From: Candidatus Hydrogenedentota bacterium
GTDB lineage: Bacteria; Hydrogenedentota; Hydrogenedentia; Hydrogenedentales; JAEUWI01
NCBI GenBank assembly: GCA_034669905.1
Contig: JAXMOL010000038.1
Coordinates: forward strand, 1 to 64,000
Length of the DNA: 64,000 nucleotides
Reading direction: 5' to 3'
Shown here: positions 30,904 through 41,358 of the stretch, in pieces
How the letters are laid out: each line of letters starts with the position of its first letter
Numbering within the stretch: the stretch's first letter is position 1
Translations under genes and position numbers: made by a program
Notes under the pieces: model-generated
Database searches by the model: none
Told to the model about the DNA's origin: nothing
Seen by the model: only the letters and a program-made list of their open reading frames with translations

Positions 30904-32169
30904 CTATTGTATAACTTTCCATTCCAGAATGCGATAGAACTCTTCCGGCACCGGAATCTGCACCGACTCTACACTGGGGTCCTGACCCGACTGCACGATG
31001 GGCCACTCATAGAGATTGTCGTCCTGGGGCACCCGAAACACATAGGCTTCGTTCCGCACCATGATGTCATCCAGCAAGGCGTCGCCCTGTATCCGGAAAA
31101 TATGACTGTAGACCGTAAACATTTTCTTCAACGCCGTGTCCTGCTGATTCTGCTGGAGATTGGGGTCCGGGTCGATATTGTTCCCCCGGCTATCCGTGTC
31201 CTCCACCACGTCGGCCTGGGCCGCCGGCGTCACGTAGGCACTCAAATCGCCTACCTGCGCAAAGGGCTGCCCCGCCTCCACATCGAGCACCACCAACAAG
31301 ATGTCTTCCACCAACACCTCCTCCGCCAGGGGGCCTACATCCGTGTTGGCAATCCACCCCTCGCGCATGGCCTCGAGCACCTCACTGATGCCCGTATCGT
31401 AATCCACGTGCACCGTGTTGGGGTTGATCCGTCCCAGCCAGTCGCCGTGGACCGTCAGGTACTCCGAGAGGGGCAGCTGGATGGGCTCCACGTTCTGTTT
31501 CCCGAAGTAGAGGTCGGGTGTCATGCCCTTGATGAGCAGAAGCTCATCGATGGAATCCATGGGACCATTCTTACAGGGATAGGGCGTCTCGGCCTTCTGA
31601 TAGAATTCGCTCTCCGCCCCATCACCATCCACTTCGTCGTCCTCATCGATCCAATCGCGGATGGAATCCACCAGGGCTTCCGCGTTCACGCTCTCGTCAC
31701 GCTGCTGGAAGAAATAGACCAGGGCTTCCCAGATATGCTCCCGCAACTGGGGCTCGCCCCCACCATCGTAGTAGACCAGGGCGTTCAGATTAATCTTGCC
31801 GAACTCATCGCTGATGGTCGTCCGCATGACCGCGTCATTCAACGGGTCGAAGGTACTCGGCTGGGCCCAGGCACTCAGGCGGCTGTCCGACGGCGTGGTC
31901 GAACCATCGGCCACGGCCAGCTCGGTCTCCAGCCGGTCGGTCTCTAAGATAGCGATGCCATTGTAGATAGCCGAGCGGGCCGCCAGCCGGGCCTGGTATT
32001 CGTTGCCACTGTTGAGGGCATAGGCCGACTCCACCTGGGCCTCATAGGAAAACTCCACCACCAGCACCGTCAGCAGCACCACAAAGAGCAGCGTCAGGAT
32101 AAGCGCCACCCCATCGTTGCGTTGGTTCATGGGCCGCTTCCGCGGGTTTTTCACGTTGGCCCGACTCAT
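30904..32169 (-). CDS. gspK: T2SS minor pseudopilin GspK
   Basis: G/VALILTL lacking Glu5; DEFGKINLN, IRDWIDEDD, KNGPMDSIDELLLIKGMT, GRINPNT. Confidence 0.93.
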   Translation of the reverse strand: MSRANVKNPRKRPMNQRNDGVALILTLLFVVLLTVLVVEFSYEAQVESAYALNSGNEYQARLAARSAIYNGIAILETDRLETELAVADGSTTPSDSRLSAWAQPSTFDPLNDAVMRTTISDEFGKINLNALVYYDGGGEPQLREHIWEALVYFFQQRDESVNAEALVDSIRDWIDEDDEVDGDGAESEFYQKAETPYPCKNGPMDSIDELLLIKGMTPDLYFGKQNVEPIQLPLSEYLTVHGDWLGRINPNTVHVDYDTGISEVLEAMREGWIANTDVGPLAEEVLVEDILLVVLDVEAGQPFAQVGDLSAYVTPAAQADVVEDTDSRGNNIDPDPNLQQNQQDTALKKMFTVYSHIFRIQGDALLDDIMVRNEAYVFRVPQDDNLYEWPIVQSGQDPSVESVQIPVPEEFYRILEWKVIQ

Positions 32170-33011
32170 GACTCATCCTCGAAAATATTGGATCCACCAT
32201 CCACGGTTTCGGTCTGGCGGCGGTGATTCGGATCGATGAAGTCCGGCGAGATGACCCCCGCCCCCGTGGGCAACACAATCGTAAAGCCCACGTCGGGTTC
32301 CTCTTCCGTACCCACGCCATCCGCCAAATCCACCCGCAGCTGTTCTTCGGTCTTGGCCAGATTGATGCTCACCTTGATGGCCCAGGGCAGAAAGCCGAGC
32401 TCGTCGGAGTTCCAGTCTTCGACCCAATCCTCCGCGGTGCCGTCATAGTATTCAAAGTTCAACGAGCGAATGGGAATCTCCCGCTGCCAGAGCCCTTCCG
32501 CTTCCTCGTCGGCCTCAAAGAATTCCTCGTCGCCGTCTTCCCCCAACACGAGGGGACGTTCCGTGATGAACAAGGTCACCGACGGCTTCTCTTCCGTCTC
32601 GTCGGCCCCAAAGGTCTGAAAACCGCTCTCTTCCGAAAAACTCGGGTCGTCGATAAGGTACTCCACCTGCTTCACAATCCCCGGAAGGGAGCGCGCGCCA
32701 CTCGTGGGCAGGGAGGTGACAAAAGTCAGGCTGTCCGCCGGACCATAGGCACCGGATTCATCTTCGCCAATAAGGGCATACTCTCCCCGCACCTGGGCAT
32801 GGATGGCGCTGAGATGGTTGATAAAATGTTCGCGCAGGTAGCGCTGGATACGCATGGCCTCCGTGGTGGACCGGGCAATCTCAGCGGTATTGACCACCGA
32901 AACGAAACAGGTGTAGAGGGCCCCCACCAGGATGACGAGCACCGCCATGGCCACCATCATCTCGATCATGGTAAACCCACTGTTACGCTGTTGGGCAAGG
33001 CGCCTCATCAC
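32166..33011 (-). CDS. gspJ: T2SS minor pseudopilin GspJ
   Basis: G/FTMIEMMVA; FEYYDG..WVEDW..LPWAIKVSI; translationally coupled to gspI and gspK. Confidence 0.85.
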   Translation of the reverse strand: MMRRLAQQRNSGFTMIEMMVAMAVLVILVGALYTCFVSVVNTAEIARSTTEAMRIQRYLREHFINHLSAIHAQVRGEYALIGEDESGAYGPADSLTFVTSLPTSGARSLPGIVKQVEYLIDDPSFSEESGFQTFGADETEEKPSVTLFITERPLVLGEDGDEEFFEADEEAEGLWQREIPIRSLNFEYYDGTAEDWVEDWNSDELGFLPWAIKVSINLAKTEEQLRVDLADGVGTEEEPDVGFTIVLPTGAGVISPDFIDPNHRRQTETVDGGSNIFEDES

Positions 33012-33430
33012 ACGCCCCCTTCAATCACTTCATTGCTGCTGATGTGAAACACGTAAAAGCTCAGTGTCTGATCTTCCCCATCGGGATTCCGCAGGGTCAC
33101 TTCCACCTGATAAAAGGGGATGGGCGTCTCTTCCGTGCCGCCGAGGGGCGCGCCCTGGTAGGACCAGGTATAGCCTGCGAAACGGCCTTCGAATTCGCCC
33201 GAGCCCGTCAACTCGCCAATCAGCACGCCGAACTCGGCCTCGCCCACGGCCCGCTCCAGCAGTTGGCTCTCCACCACCGAGGCATTCATGGCTTCAAAAA
33301 GGCGCAAGGCCCCATGGTGGGTGCTCAACAGAATAAACAGGGCGCTACCGAGAATGGCCACGGCGGCCAACACCTCGACGAGGGTGAATCCCCCACGCCG
33401 TTCCTTTTCGCGATACGGACGGACACTCAT
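33008..33430 (-). CDS. gspI: T2SS minor pseudopilin GspI
   Basis: G/FTLVEVLAA; 140 aa; position in operon. Confidence 0.85.
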   Translation of the reverse strand: MSVRPYREKERRGGFTLVEVLAAVAILGSALFILLSTHHGALRLFEAMNASVVESQLLERAVGEAEFGVLIGELTGSGEFEGRFAGYTWSYQGAPLGGTEETPIPFYQVEVTLRNPDGEDQTLSFYVFHISSNEVIEGGV

Positions 33431-34302
33431 AGGTCGCTCACCCGACCAAGATAGACGGTGGCACGATTGGAAATCGGATCCCAGAGCACCGTAAAGGCTT
33501 CGCCTTCTTCGTTCTCGAGGTAGAGAATAACTTTCTGGGTCAGGCCCAGGACCGAAAACTCGACTTCCGGGACACCCCGGGAGTGGTACTCGCCATCAAT
33601 CTCAACCCCCGTAATCTCGACCGCACCCCGCAATCGGGTACGCCGTAAAATGGGGTCCGCCAGCTCTTCTTCCACCGGCTCTTCTTCATCCAGGTCAAAA
33701 ATTTCTTCGTCGCCGAAAATATTGGCCACATCATCCAACAGACTCTCATCGTGCTTCACATTCTCCGCACGAATCTCGAGGGCCTCACGGGCAAAGGCAT
33801 TGAACTTGTCGTCCATCTGGTAGCCCGCCAACTCGGAATCAAAGGCCCCGCCATCCCCCCCCAGAATCCCGGAGAGATCGTCACCCCCTAAAAATTTTTC
33901 CTGCAGATCCGCCGGCGAACGGATCCCCATCTCGCGGAGCTGGGAAAGCTTGGCCAACTGGTCCGGCTCGCCCTCCGCCGCCAGGGCTTCCGCCTCTTCC
34001 TGCTCGGGGAGAATCCAATGGACCGCATAGATTTCCTGGGCCTTAAGATCGATACGCACCACCACCCGGTCGCGCAGCAAGGCCGCATGGGCCATGGCAC
34101 CCTGGCCAAAACCCGCTACCCGCCGCGCACTGCCTTCCAATTCACTGAAGGCAATCACCGGCAAAAGACGCGGTACCGCAATGGCCGCCACAACACCCAG
34201 GAGGAAGACCACAATGGCCAACTCGATGAGCGTGAACCCGGCACGAGCCCCTATCGGCCCTGAAGAAACAGGACGTAAGGACCGACGACTGTTTCGCCCC
34301 AT
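33427..34302 (-). CDS. gspH: T2SS minor pseudopilin GspH
   Basis: Start reassigned to MGRNSRR (34302); AG/FTLIELAIV motif. The upstream part of the 539-aa ORF is repeat sequence. Confidence 0.8.
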   Translation of the reverse strand: MGRNSRRSLRPVSSGPIGARAGFTLIELAIVVFLLGVVAAIAVPRLLPVIAFSELEGSARRVAGFGQGAMAHAALLRDRVVVRIDLKAQEIYAVHWILPEQEEAEALAAEGEPDQLAKLSQLREMGIRSPADLQEKFLGGDDLSGILGGDGGAFDSELAGYQMDDKFNAFAREALEIRAENVKHDESLLDDVANIFGDEEIFDLDEEEPVEEELADPILRRTRLRGAVEITGVEIDGEYHSRGVPEVEFSVLGLTQKVILYLENEEGEAFTVLWDPISNRATVYLGRVSDL

Positions 34303-34314
34303 CCGGAATAGTTG

Positions 34315-35088
34315 AACCACGAATGAACACGAATATACACGAATTTTTTTTATGCCGGACAAAGCGACGCAGCACAAACGCCAAACACCCGCGAACAAAT
34401 TCCGCCCCAGAGGGGCGACAGCATTCAACCCGAAACTCACATTCAGCCCCGGAGGCGCGACAACAATCGACTCGGTGTCCACATTCAGCCCCGGAGGGGC
34501 GTCAGCCTGTAGCCTGGGGTGGAGCGAGGAACGAGCGGAACCCCAGGATCGAAGCCCTCTCCCCCCCCACGAACCCGCGGAGCGGGTGACAGCACGCCAA
34601 CCCGACCGCCACGGCCCACATGCGACGCCACCACGCAACGGCAGGGGGCTGTCCACATTCCGCCCCGAAGGGGCACAACAGTTCAAAAGCCCAGGGCAAC
34701 GCCCTGGGTAAACACGCCGCAAAAAAGCACCCAGCCCTGAAAGGGCGACGCAGCAAGAACGCCAAACACCGCTGCGACCATAACGCCTCAGCGGGACAAC
34801 ACCACACGGCTCACCCCCACCATTCAGCCCCGGAGGGGCGTCAGCCTGTAGCCTGGGGTGGAGCGAGGTCGGAGACGCGCCGTGGCGGGGACGAGCGAAA
34901 CCCCAGGATCGAAGCCCCCTCCCCCCCCACGAACCCGCGGAGCGGGTGACAGCACACCAACCCGACCGCCACGGCCCACGCGCAGCGCCACCACGCAACA
35001 CACGATCACACCAGGGAAGCAACAGATCATAGATTCGACTCAACATCCATCACTCCCTTCGTGTTCTTCGATACTTCGTGGTAAAAAA
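34315..35088. repeat. Composite REP-like mosaic element between gspG and gspH
   Basis: Two near-identical direct copies (34482-34639 and 34821-34999), several GCCCC-loop-GGGGC hairpins and AGCCCAGGGCAACGCCCTGGG, bounded by inverted CACGAA / TTCGTG triplet arrays. Confidence 0.85.
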
Positions 35089-35125
35089 CGGCCGGCTCAT
35101 TTCACCGCAACGCGCAACCGTCCCG

Positions 35126-35551
35126 CTAGTCCGCGCTCATGTCATCGCTGCGAATATCGGCATCCACATCATCCCCACCGGGCGCACCATCGGCACCCAA
35201 CGAAATAATCACGTACTTCCGGGAATTCTCCAACTGATACTGGAAGGGATTGCCCCAGGGGTCCAGGGGCACCTTGCTCTCCGTCAAAAACGAATCGCCC
35301 GACGGCGGACTCACCAACGCATCGAGGCTGTCCGGAAATTTCTTAAACTTGAGCTTGTAGGCCACCAGCGCCTGGTCGAAGCTCTTAATCTGGGTCTTCG
35401 CCGCCGCCACGTTGCCTTCATCGGCCGCGTTCAGCACGTTGAAACCCACGATAGCCGCCAAGACCGCCAGAATGGAGATCACCACCATCAATTCAATCAG
35501 GGTAAAGCCGCCGTTGGCCCGCGCGACCCGTCGCATCTGTTTCGTTTTCAT
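35126..35551 (-). CDS. gspG: T2SS major pseudopilin GspG
   Basis: G/FTLIELMVV, DPWGNPFQY, SLGADG..GG...DADI; 141 aa. Confidence 0.95.
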   Translation of the reverse strand: MKTKQMRRVARANGGFTLIELMVVISILAVLAAIVGFNVLNAADEGNVAAAKTQIKSFDQALVAYKLKFKKFPDSLDALVSPPSGDSFLTESKVPLDPWGNPFQYQLENSRKYVIISLGADGAPGGDDVDADIRSDDMSAD

Positions 35552-35566
35552 GACCGTTGTCCTCCG

Positions 35567-36793
35567 TTATAGATTTTGGCTCATATTCAATATGGGCAGC
35601 AGAATGGAAATCACCAGGAAGCCAACAAAGACACCCATCACAATAATGATCACCGGCTCGATAAGCCCGACAATGGCCTCAATCGTGAGGCGCACGTCAT
35701 CGTCGTACGTATCCGCCACCTTAATCAGCATATCCTCAATTTCACCACTCTTCTGTCCCAGCTCCACCATGTGAATCATCATGGAGGGAAAAAGGCCGGT
35801 CTCGCGCAACGGCTGGGCCAAATCACGACCCCGCCGCACCCCCGCCTTCACCTCGTCCATGTGTTCCTTAAAATAGGCATTCTCTAATACCGAGTTTACC
35901 ACCTCCAGCGCCGGCAGCATGGTCAGTCCACTTTGGAGCATGGTGCCCATAGTCCGGGCAAATCGCGCACACACCAACTTGAGGTGCAGGCCGCCGTAAA
36001 GGGGAAAACGCAGCTTGAGCCGGTCCCATTTGACCCGTCCCTCCGGCCGGGAAATCCACCACCGCCACAGCGAGAAGGCACCGACGATCACACCCACAAT
36101 GAGCCACCAATAGGTACCCAGAAAGTGACTCGACGCAATAAGAATTTCCGTCGGCTTAGGCAGCTCGGCCTCTTGCCGTTCAAAGATGAGGGTAATACGG
36201 GGAACGATGAACATCATCAGAAAGATGACCACCGCCACGGCGAAGAGTCCCATGAAGACCGGATAGGCCAGGCTTGAGGTCAGCTGGGCTTTCAGTTTGG
36301 CCTGATGCTCCTGGATATCGGCCAGGCGAAAGAGCACCTCTTCCAGGGTGCCACTCACTTCACCGGCACGCACCATATTGACGTAGAGGTTGTTAAACAG
36401 CCGCGGATGCTTCGCCAACGCGTCACCCAGCGTCGCGCCGCTGTTGACACTGTCACGAATGTCGTAGAGGGCCGCCTGGAGCCGCTGCTTGCTGGTCTGC
36501 TCCTGCATGGCACCCAGGGCATCCACCAGGGGCATCCCCGCACGCAGCAACACACCAAACTGGCGCGTAAGCATGGCCAAATCCCGCGCGGACACCCGGC
36601 CACCACCGCCGCCTTTGGGACCATCGCCCCCTTTGGTGGAGGCGGAGAGGGCCTTGCTCTCTTCGATGTCGGTGGGAAAGAGCCCCTGGTCGCGCAGCTT
36701 CTGGCGGGCCTGTGCCGCACCTTCCGCATCGATCACGCCCTTTGAATTCTTGCCCGTCGCTTTGACTATCGCTTTGTATTCATAGACCGCCAT
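35567..36793 (-). CDS. gspF: T2SS platform protein GspF
   Basis: T2SSF-family motifs; between gspE and gspG. Confidence 0.93.
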   Translation of the reverse strand: MAVYEYKAIVKATGKNSKGVIDAEGAAQARQKLRDQGLFPTDIEESKALSASTKGGDGPKGGGGGRVSARDLAMLTRQFGVLLRAGMPLVDALGAMQEQTSKQRLQAALYDIRDSVNSGATLGDALAKHPRLFNNLYVNMVRAGEVSGTLEEVLFRLADIQEHQAKLKAQLTSSLAYPVFMGLFAVAVVIFLMMFIVPRITLIFERQEAELPKPTEILIASSHFLGTYWWLIVGVIVGAFSLWRWWISRPEGRVKWDRLKLRFPLYGGLHLKLVCARFARTMGTMLQSGLTMLPALEVVNSVLENAYFKEHMDEVKAGVRRGRDLAQPLRETGLFPSMMIHMVELGQKSGEIEDMLIKVADTYDDDVRLTIEAIVGLIEPVIIIVMGVFVGFLVISILLPILNMSQNL

Positions 36794-36857
36794 AGGACGT
36801 CCTGGCTTCCTTCATAGTTTATTCAACGCACCGCCTGACAGGAGGACCCACGGCGAG

Positions 36858-36947
36858 ACATTCCCGCAAAGGTCGAAGACTTCGCGAAAGGCGAGCGGGA
36901 ATCCAGCAACTGCTCAACCCGTCATTCCCGCGAAGGCGGGAATCCAG
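36858..36947. repeat. Two tandem dRS3-like/REP palindromes, one with an expanded loop
   Basis: CATTCCCGC-long loop-GCGGGAATCCAG (36858-36906) and GTCATTCCCGCGAAGGCGGGAATCCAG (36921-36947). Confidence 0.82.
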
Positions 36948-36994
36948 TGGCATCCATCCGGGACCTTCCGGCCCCCGAAAGGAACGCCACCCGC

Positions 36995-38728
36995 TCAGTC
37001 CATGATTTCCTCTTCCATATCGTTGCGCGTCACCCGCAAAATCTCTTCCGCTGAAGTGAGCCCCAACATGGCGCGGTTGGCGCCATCTTCACGCAAGGTC
37101 CGCATACCAAATTTGCGGGCTTCCCGCTTGATCTGGTTGGAGTCCACCCCCTGCAGCGCCATCTCCTGGATGCGGGGCGTCATAATGAGCAACTCAAAAA
37201 TACCCGTACGACCACGGTAACCCCGGTCAGAGCAATCCTTACAGCCCACCGCATGGTAGAGCACCCGCTTCTCCGGATCGGTGGGCGCTTCCACACCCAA
37301 CTCCTGATAGGTCTCCAGGTCCGCCGTGTAGGCCTCTTTGCAGGAGTCGCAAATTCGACGCACCAGGCGCTGGGCCTGAATGGCAATCGTGGACGACGTG
37401 ACCAGGAAGGGCTCAATCCCCATATTGACCAGACGGGTAATGGCACCCGCGCTGTCGTTGGTGTGGAGCGTGGAAAACACCAGGTGACCCGTGAGGGACG
37501 CCTGCACCGCCATCTCCGCCGTCTCCATATCCCGAATTTCACCAATCAGAATAATGTCCGGGTCCTGACGCAAGATACTGCGCAGCCCTGCGGCGAAGGT
37601 AAGGCCAATCTTGGGCGCCACCTGAATCTGACCGATGCCTTCCAACTGGTATTCGATGGGGTCTTCCACCGTAATAATGTTTTTGTCGGGTGAGTTCACC
37701 TTTTGCAGGGCCGCATAGAGGGTCGTTGATTTACCCGAACCCGTGGGCCCCGTCACGAGCATGATGCCGTGGGAACTCTGGATTATGCGGTCCAGCTGGG
37801 AGTTGTCCCGCTGCTCCATGCCGAGCTGCTCCAGGCTGAAGAGGAAGCTTCCCTTCTCCAGAATACGCATCACCACCCGCTCGCCGTGGGCAACGGGAAT
37901 AATCGATACACGAATATCGATTTCCTTACCGCTCAGCCGAATCTTGATACGACCATCCTGGGGCAGCCGGTGCTCGGCGATGTTCAGGTCGGCCATGATC
38001 TTCACGCGGGAAATCACTGCCGCCTGTTGACCCCGGGGCACGGAAAACTTTTCATAGAGCACGCCGTCAATACGGTAGCGTACGCGAACCTCTTTCTCGA
38101 AGGGTTCAATGTGAATATCCGACGCCCGGTCTTTCACGCCCCCCGTAATCACCAGGTTGATCAACTTGATGATGGGCGCTTCATTCGCCAGATCGAGAAG
38201 GTCCCGCTCGGAATTCAGCGCGTCGAGGGACTTGTAATCATCGCCCTCGGACATCGTAATGCTGTCGATCATGTCGGCAGCATTTTCGGTCTGCTGCTCG
38301 AAGTAGCTGTCGATAATCTGCTGAATCGCCGCCTTCGTACACAGTACGGGCGACACATCCCCATCGAGCAAGAGACGGAGATCATCGAGCGGCAACAGAT
38401 TGACCGGGTCGTTCACCGCCACCAGGTAGCCGTTGCCGTTCTTCTTCACCGGCACCATGTGGTACTCGCGAATAAACGAAATGGGCACCTTCGTGGTCAG
38501 CGACGAATCCACCTCATCCACGATGCCGGGCTCAAAGGGCACATGGTACTGCGCACTCAATGCGCCCAGCACCTGTTCCTCATCCACATAGCCCAGATCC
38601 AGCAACAGATCGGCCACGGCCTTGGGCCGGATCTTCTGTAACTCGAAGGCTTCTTCGACTTGCTCGGCGTGCACCGATCCCTGTTCAACCAGAATGGCGC
38701 ACAATTCCTCGTCGTGACCGCTGCTCAT
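36995..38728 (-). CDS. gspE: T2SS ATPase GspE
   Basis: EAPIIKLIN, ASDIHIEP, RLPQDGR, GPTGSGKST, LRQDPD, tetra-Cys; operon context. Confidence 0.94.
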   Translation of the reverse strand: MSSGHDEELCAILVEQGSVHAEQVEEAFELQKIRPKAVADLLLDLGYVDEEQVLGALSAQYHVPFEPGIVDEVDSSLTTKVPISFIREYHMVPVKKNGNGYLVAVNDPVNLLPLDDLRLLLDGDVSPVLCTKAAIQQIIDSYFEQQTENAADMIDSITMSEGDDYKSLDALNSERDLLDLANEAPIIKLINLVITGGVKDRASDIHIEPFEKEVRVRYRIDGVLYEKFSVPRGQQAAVISRVKIMADLNIAEHRLPQDGRIKIRLSGKEIDIRVSIIPVAHGERVVMRILEKGSFLFSLEQLGMEQRDNSQLDRIIQSSHGIMLVTGPTGSGKSTTLYAALQKVNSPDKNIITVEDPIEYQLEGIGQIQVAPKIGLTFAAGLRSILRQDPDIILIGEIRDMETAEMAVQASLTGHLVFSTLHTNDSAGAITRLVNMGIEPFLVTSSTIAIQAQRLVRRICDSCKEAYTADLETYQELGVEAPTDPEKRVLYHAVGCKDCSDRGYRGRTGIFELLIMTPRIQEMALQGVDSNQIKREARKFGMRTLREDGANRAMLGLTSAEEILRVTRNDMEEEIMD

Positions 38729-38731
38729 GAA

Positions 38732-41344
38732 CTACCTCTTGATGTCGCCGCGGCGAAAATTGCTGGATGCCGTCGAACCGGTGTCGCGCCCCGTTATCGC
38801 CGCCGACTCTTCGAAGGTGGGACGGTGGGTCTTACGCCGCTGCCGTTTCTTTTTCACGCGCTGGAAAAATCCCTGGTCGAAGAGCTCGTCGAGATTGGTG
38901 TCGTGGTATTCGTTGAGCTTGTGGAGCGTCAAGCGCTCCATGTCGACGCTCTCTTTGACGATGTGGGGCGTAATCAGCACCACCAGGTTGCTCTTCTGCC
39001 GCGTGTTCCCCTTGGAGCGGAACAGGGCACCCAGGACCGGGATATCGCCCAACACGGGCGCCTGGTTGCGGGTGCGGTTCGTCGAATCGCGAATCAACCC
39101 CGCCAGCACGGCCGTAGACCCATCTTTCACCAACACCTTATTGGCAAATTCCGATTTGTTAGTCGTCGGACCCACCAGGTCCACGTTACCCACGTTGGCA
39201 TCGGCCTCGGCGATATCGGAAACTTCGATGGAAACTTCCAGCAACACGTTGTCGCCTTCACTAATCTGAGGCGTTACCGTGAGCTTCACACCCACGTCTT
39301 CACGCTGAATCCGCGTGGTGCCGAAGGAGGTCGAGGTCACCTGACCATCCGCATTGGTCGCCGGACGGGAACTACCCGTAATAAAGGGCACTTCCTTACC
39401 TACCGTAATCGAGGACTCTTCGTTATCGATGGTGGTCAGGCTGGGCTGAGAAAGCACCTCAAGGTCGGAGATGGTCTCCAGCGCCTGAAAGAGCACCGGC
39501 ACAAAGGGTATATCCACCGATTGTCCGCCCACTTCAATGGAGAGGGAATCATAGACACCGGCGGACAGGCCACCGCCCGAGCCCAGGCCGAGTACATCGG
39601 TGGCCAGGCTCGTGCCACCCGCCAACACCGTGGCCAGGTCCGCAACGGGAAGGAGTCCGGTAGCCGTCATGCCGAAACCATCTTCACCGCCTACACCCGC
39701 AGCGTTTACCGTGAGGCTGTAGTCGTCGTTGAGCGACACATCCATCACGCTGGCCTTCACATAGACCTGACGCTGGGGCACATCAAGACGGGCGATAAAA
39801 GCCTCGAGCAATTTGTAATCCTGGGGCGAGGCCACAATCAGCAGGGAGTTGGTCTGGTCATAACGGGCCACCTGCACCTGCTGGTCGAAAATCTGCACCT
39901 CGGCCGATTGGGTGGCACCGCCACCACCACCGGGGGCCGCTGCATTGCCGCCGGCCGAAGCCTGACGTCGGGGCGCCGTGCCCAGGAGGGGCTGGAGAGC
40001 CTGCTCCATCAGCTCGGCGTCGGCATTCAGCAATTCATAGATGTGCATGTTGTTGCGTTCGTAGGGCGTCGGGGAATCGAGGCGCACCACCAGGTCGCGC
40101 ACCTGCTCCATCATGCCGTCGGTCGCCACCACGATGAGCGCGTTAAGCCGCTCGTCGGGCACCATGCGCAAGACTTCCTCGTTGGACCCAATCACTTCAG
40201 AGGTATTGGCGCCCGGAACGGTCCGCGTCGTGGGACGGGTCGGACGCGTGGTGGGGCGCACCGTCGTGGTCCGGCTGGAGGTACGACCGGCCGTGCCGCC
40301 ATCTTCCGGTGCAAGGAGCACTTGCTCCAATTGGGTGGCGATGACGTCGGCCCGGGTGTACTCAAGGGTGAAAATTTCCATCCCCGTGTCGTTGCCCGGA
40401 ATATCCGCCAGGTCGATAAAGCGCAACATCCGGCGCAGGCCGTTGGCCGTGTCGGTAATAATCAGGGTGCCGGTGGGCAGGTAGCTGTCGATCTTCGCCG
40501 ATTTACTGCCGAGCTGCTGCAGGGCCGTCGCGATCTCGGAAGGGTCCGCATATTTGATCGGCACGATGTGGGTCGAGAAGGTATCGAACTTGTCGGGCGG
40601 CAGGGTCTCGTAGTTTCCACCAATAACCAGGTCGGTCTTGTCTGGCTTCACATCGCCTGAAGGAATAACCTGAATCATGTGGCCGTCCAGGTTTTCCACC
40701 AGGGAGAAGCCACGAGTCTGCAGTACCGACTCCAGGACTTCGTAGGCCATTTCGGGTGGAAACTTATCGTGGGTGATAATCGTCACCGTCTCCGCCCCGA
40801 TATCGGGGTCCACGTCGAAGTTCTTGCCGGTGAGCTTGGCGATGTGTTCGATCACCTCAATAAGCGGCTGATCGTTAAAATTGAACATCACGTCTTCGCC
40901 GGGCGTTTCACCCAGGGGAATGCGGCTGGCACCTTCGGCGCTACTCAGCTTGGCGCCACCACCAGGTTGGGGCGCGGCAGGGCGGGCCGGGGGGGGCACG
41001 GCCGTCGGACGGGCAATACGGGGACGGGTCGTGCGGGTGCCACTGCTTGGCGGCGCAGGGGGGGCAGGCGTGCCGGGCTTCCGGGTCGCCGTGCCACTGC
41101 TCGGGCGGGCCGGTGCGGGTTCGGGTTCAGGCTCCTCCATCTCCTCCTCCACATACTCCTCTTCCTCAACGATGTCTTCCGCTTCTTCTTCGACCAGCTC
41201 CTCTTCCACCACGGCCTCATCTTGCGCGTAGGCGGTGGGCGCAAGGGATAGCAATTCCAGCGCGACAAGGAATGCGGCGCAACACGCGATACAATGCTTC
41301 AGCACGGTCTGTCCTTCCGAAAGTGTTCGGCGGGCCCTGTCCAT
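38732..41344 (-). CDS. gspD: T2SS secretin GspD
   Basis: Signal peptide, acidic/Pro linker, N0-N3 domains, LDVPQRQV, VLSQPSLTTIDNEESSITVG, PVLGDIPVLGALFRS, LITPHIV. Confidence 0.95.
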   Translation of the reverse strand: MDRARRTLSEGQTVLKHCIACCAAFLVALELLSLAPTAYAQDEAVVEEELVEEEAEDIVEEEEYVEEEMEEPEPEPAPARPSSGTATRKPGTPAPPAPPSSGTRTTRPRIARPTAVPPPARPAAPQPGGGAKLSSAEGASRIPLGETPGEDVMFNFNDQPLIEVIEHIAKLTGKNFDVDPDIGAETVTIITHDKFPPEMAYEVLESVLQTRGFSLVENLDGHMIQVIPSGDVKPDKTDLVIGGNYETLPPDKFDTFSTHIVPIKYADPSEIATALQQLGSKSAKIDSYLPTGTLIITDTANGLRRMLRFIDLADIPGNDTGMEIFTLEYTRADVIATQLEQVLLAPEDGGTAGRTSSRTTTVRPTTRPTRPTTRTVPGANTSEVIGSNEEVLRMVPDERLNALIVVATDGMMEQVRDLVVRLDSPTPYERNNMHIYELLNADAELMEQALQPLLGTAPRRQASAGGNAAAPGGGGGATQSAEVQIFDQQVQVARYDQTNSLLIVASPQDYKLLEAFIARLDVPQRQVYVKASVMDVSLNDDYSLTVNAAGVGGEDGFGMTATGLLPVADLATVLAGGTSLATDVLGLGSGGGLSAGVYDSLSIEVGGQSVDIPFVPVLFQALETISDLEVLSQPSLTTIDNEESSITVGKEVPFITGSSRPATNADGQVTSTSFGTTRIQREDVGVKLTVTPQISEGDNVLLEVSIEVSDIAEADANVGNVDLVGPTTNKSEFANKVLVKDGSTAVLAGLIRDSTNRTRNQAPVLGDIPVLGALFRSKGNTRQKSNLVVLITPHIVKESVDMERLTLHKLNEYHDTNLDELFDQGFFQRVKKKRQRRKTHRPTFEESAAITGRDTGSTASSNFRRGDIKR

Positions 41345-41358
41345 CAGGGTCCCGTAGA

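Noticed and set aside
34303..35046. 248-aa N-terminal extension of GspH
   Set aside because: It translates repeat DNA with duplicated Arg/Gly/Cys-rich text, and the prepilin motif should lie near the N-terminus.
34315..35088. Possible CRISPR array
   Set aside because: No regular repeat-spacer period, two long duplicated units instead, and no cas genes.
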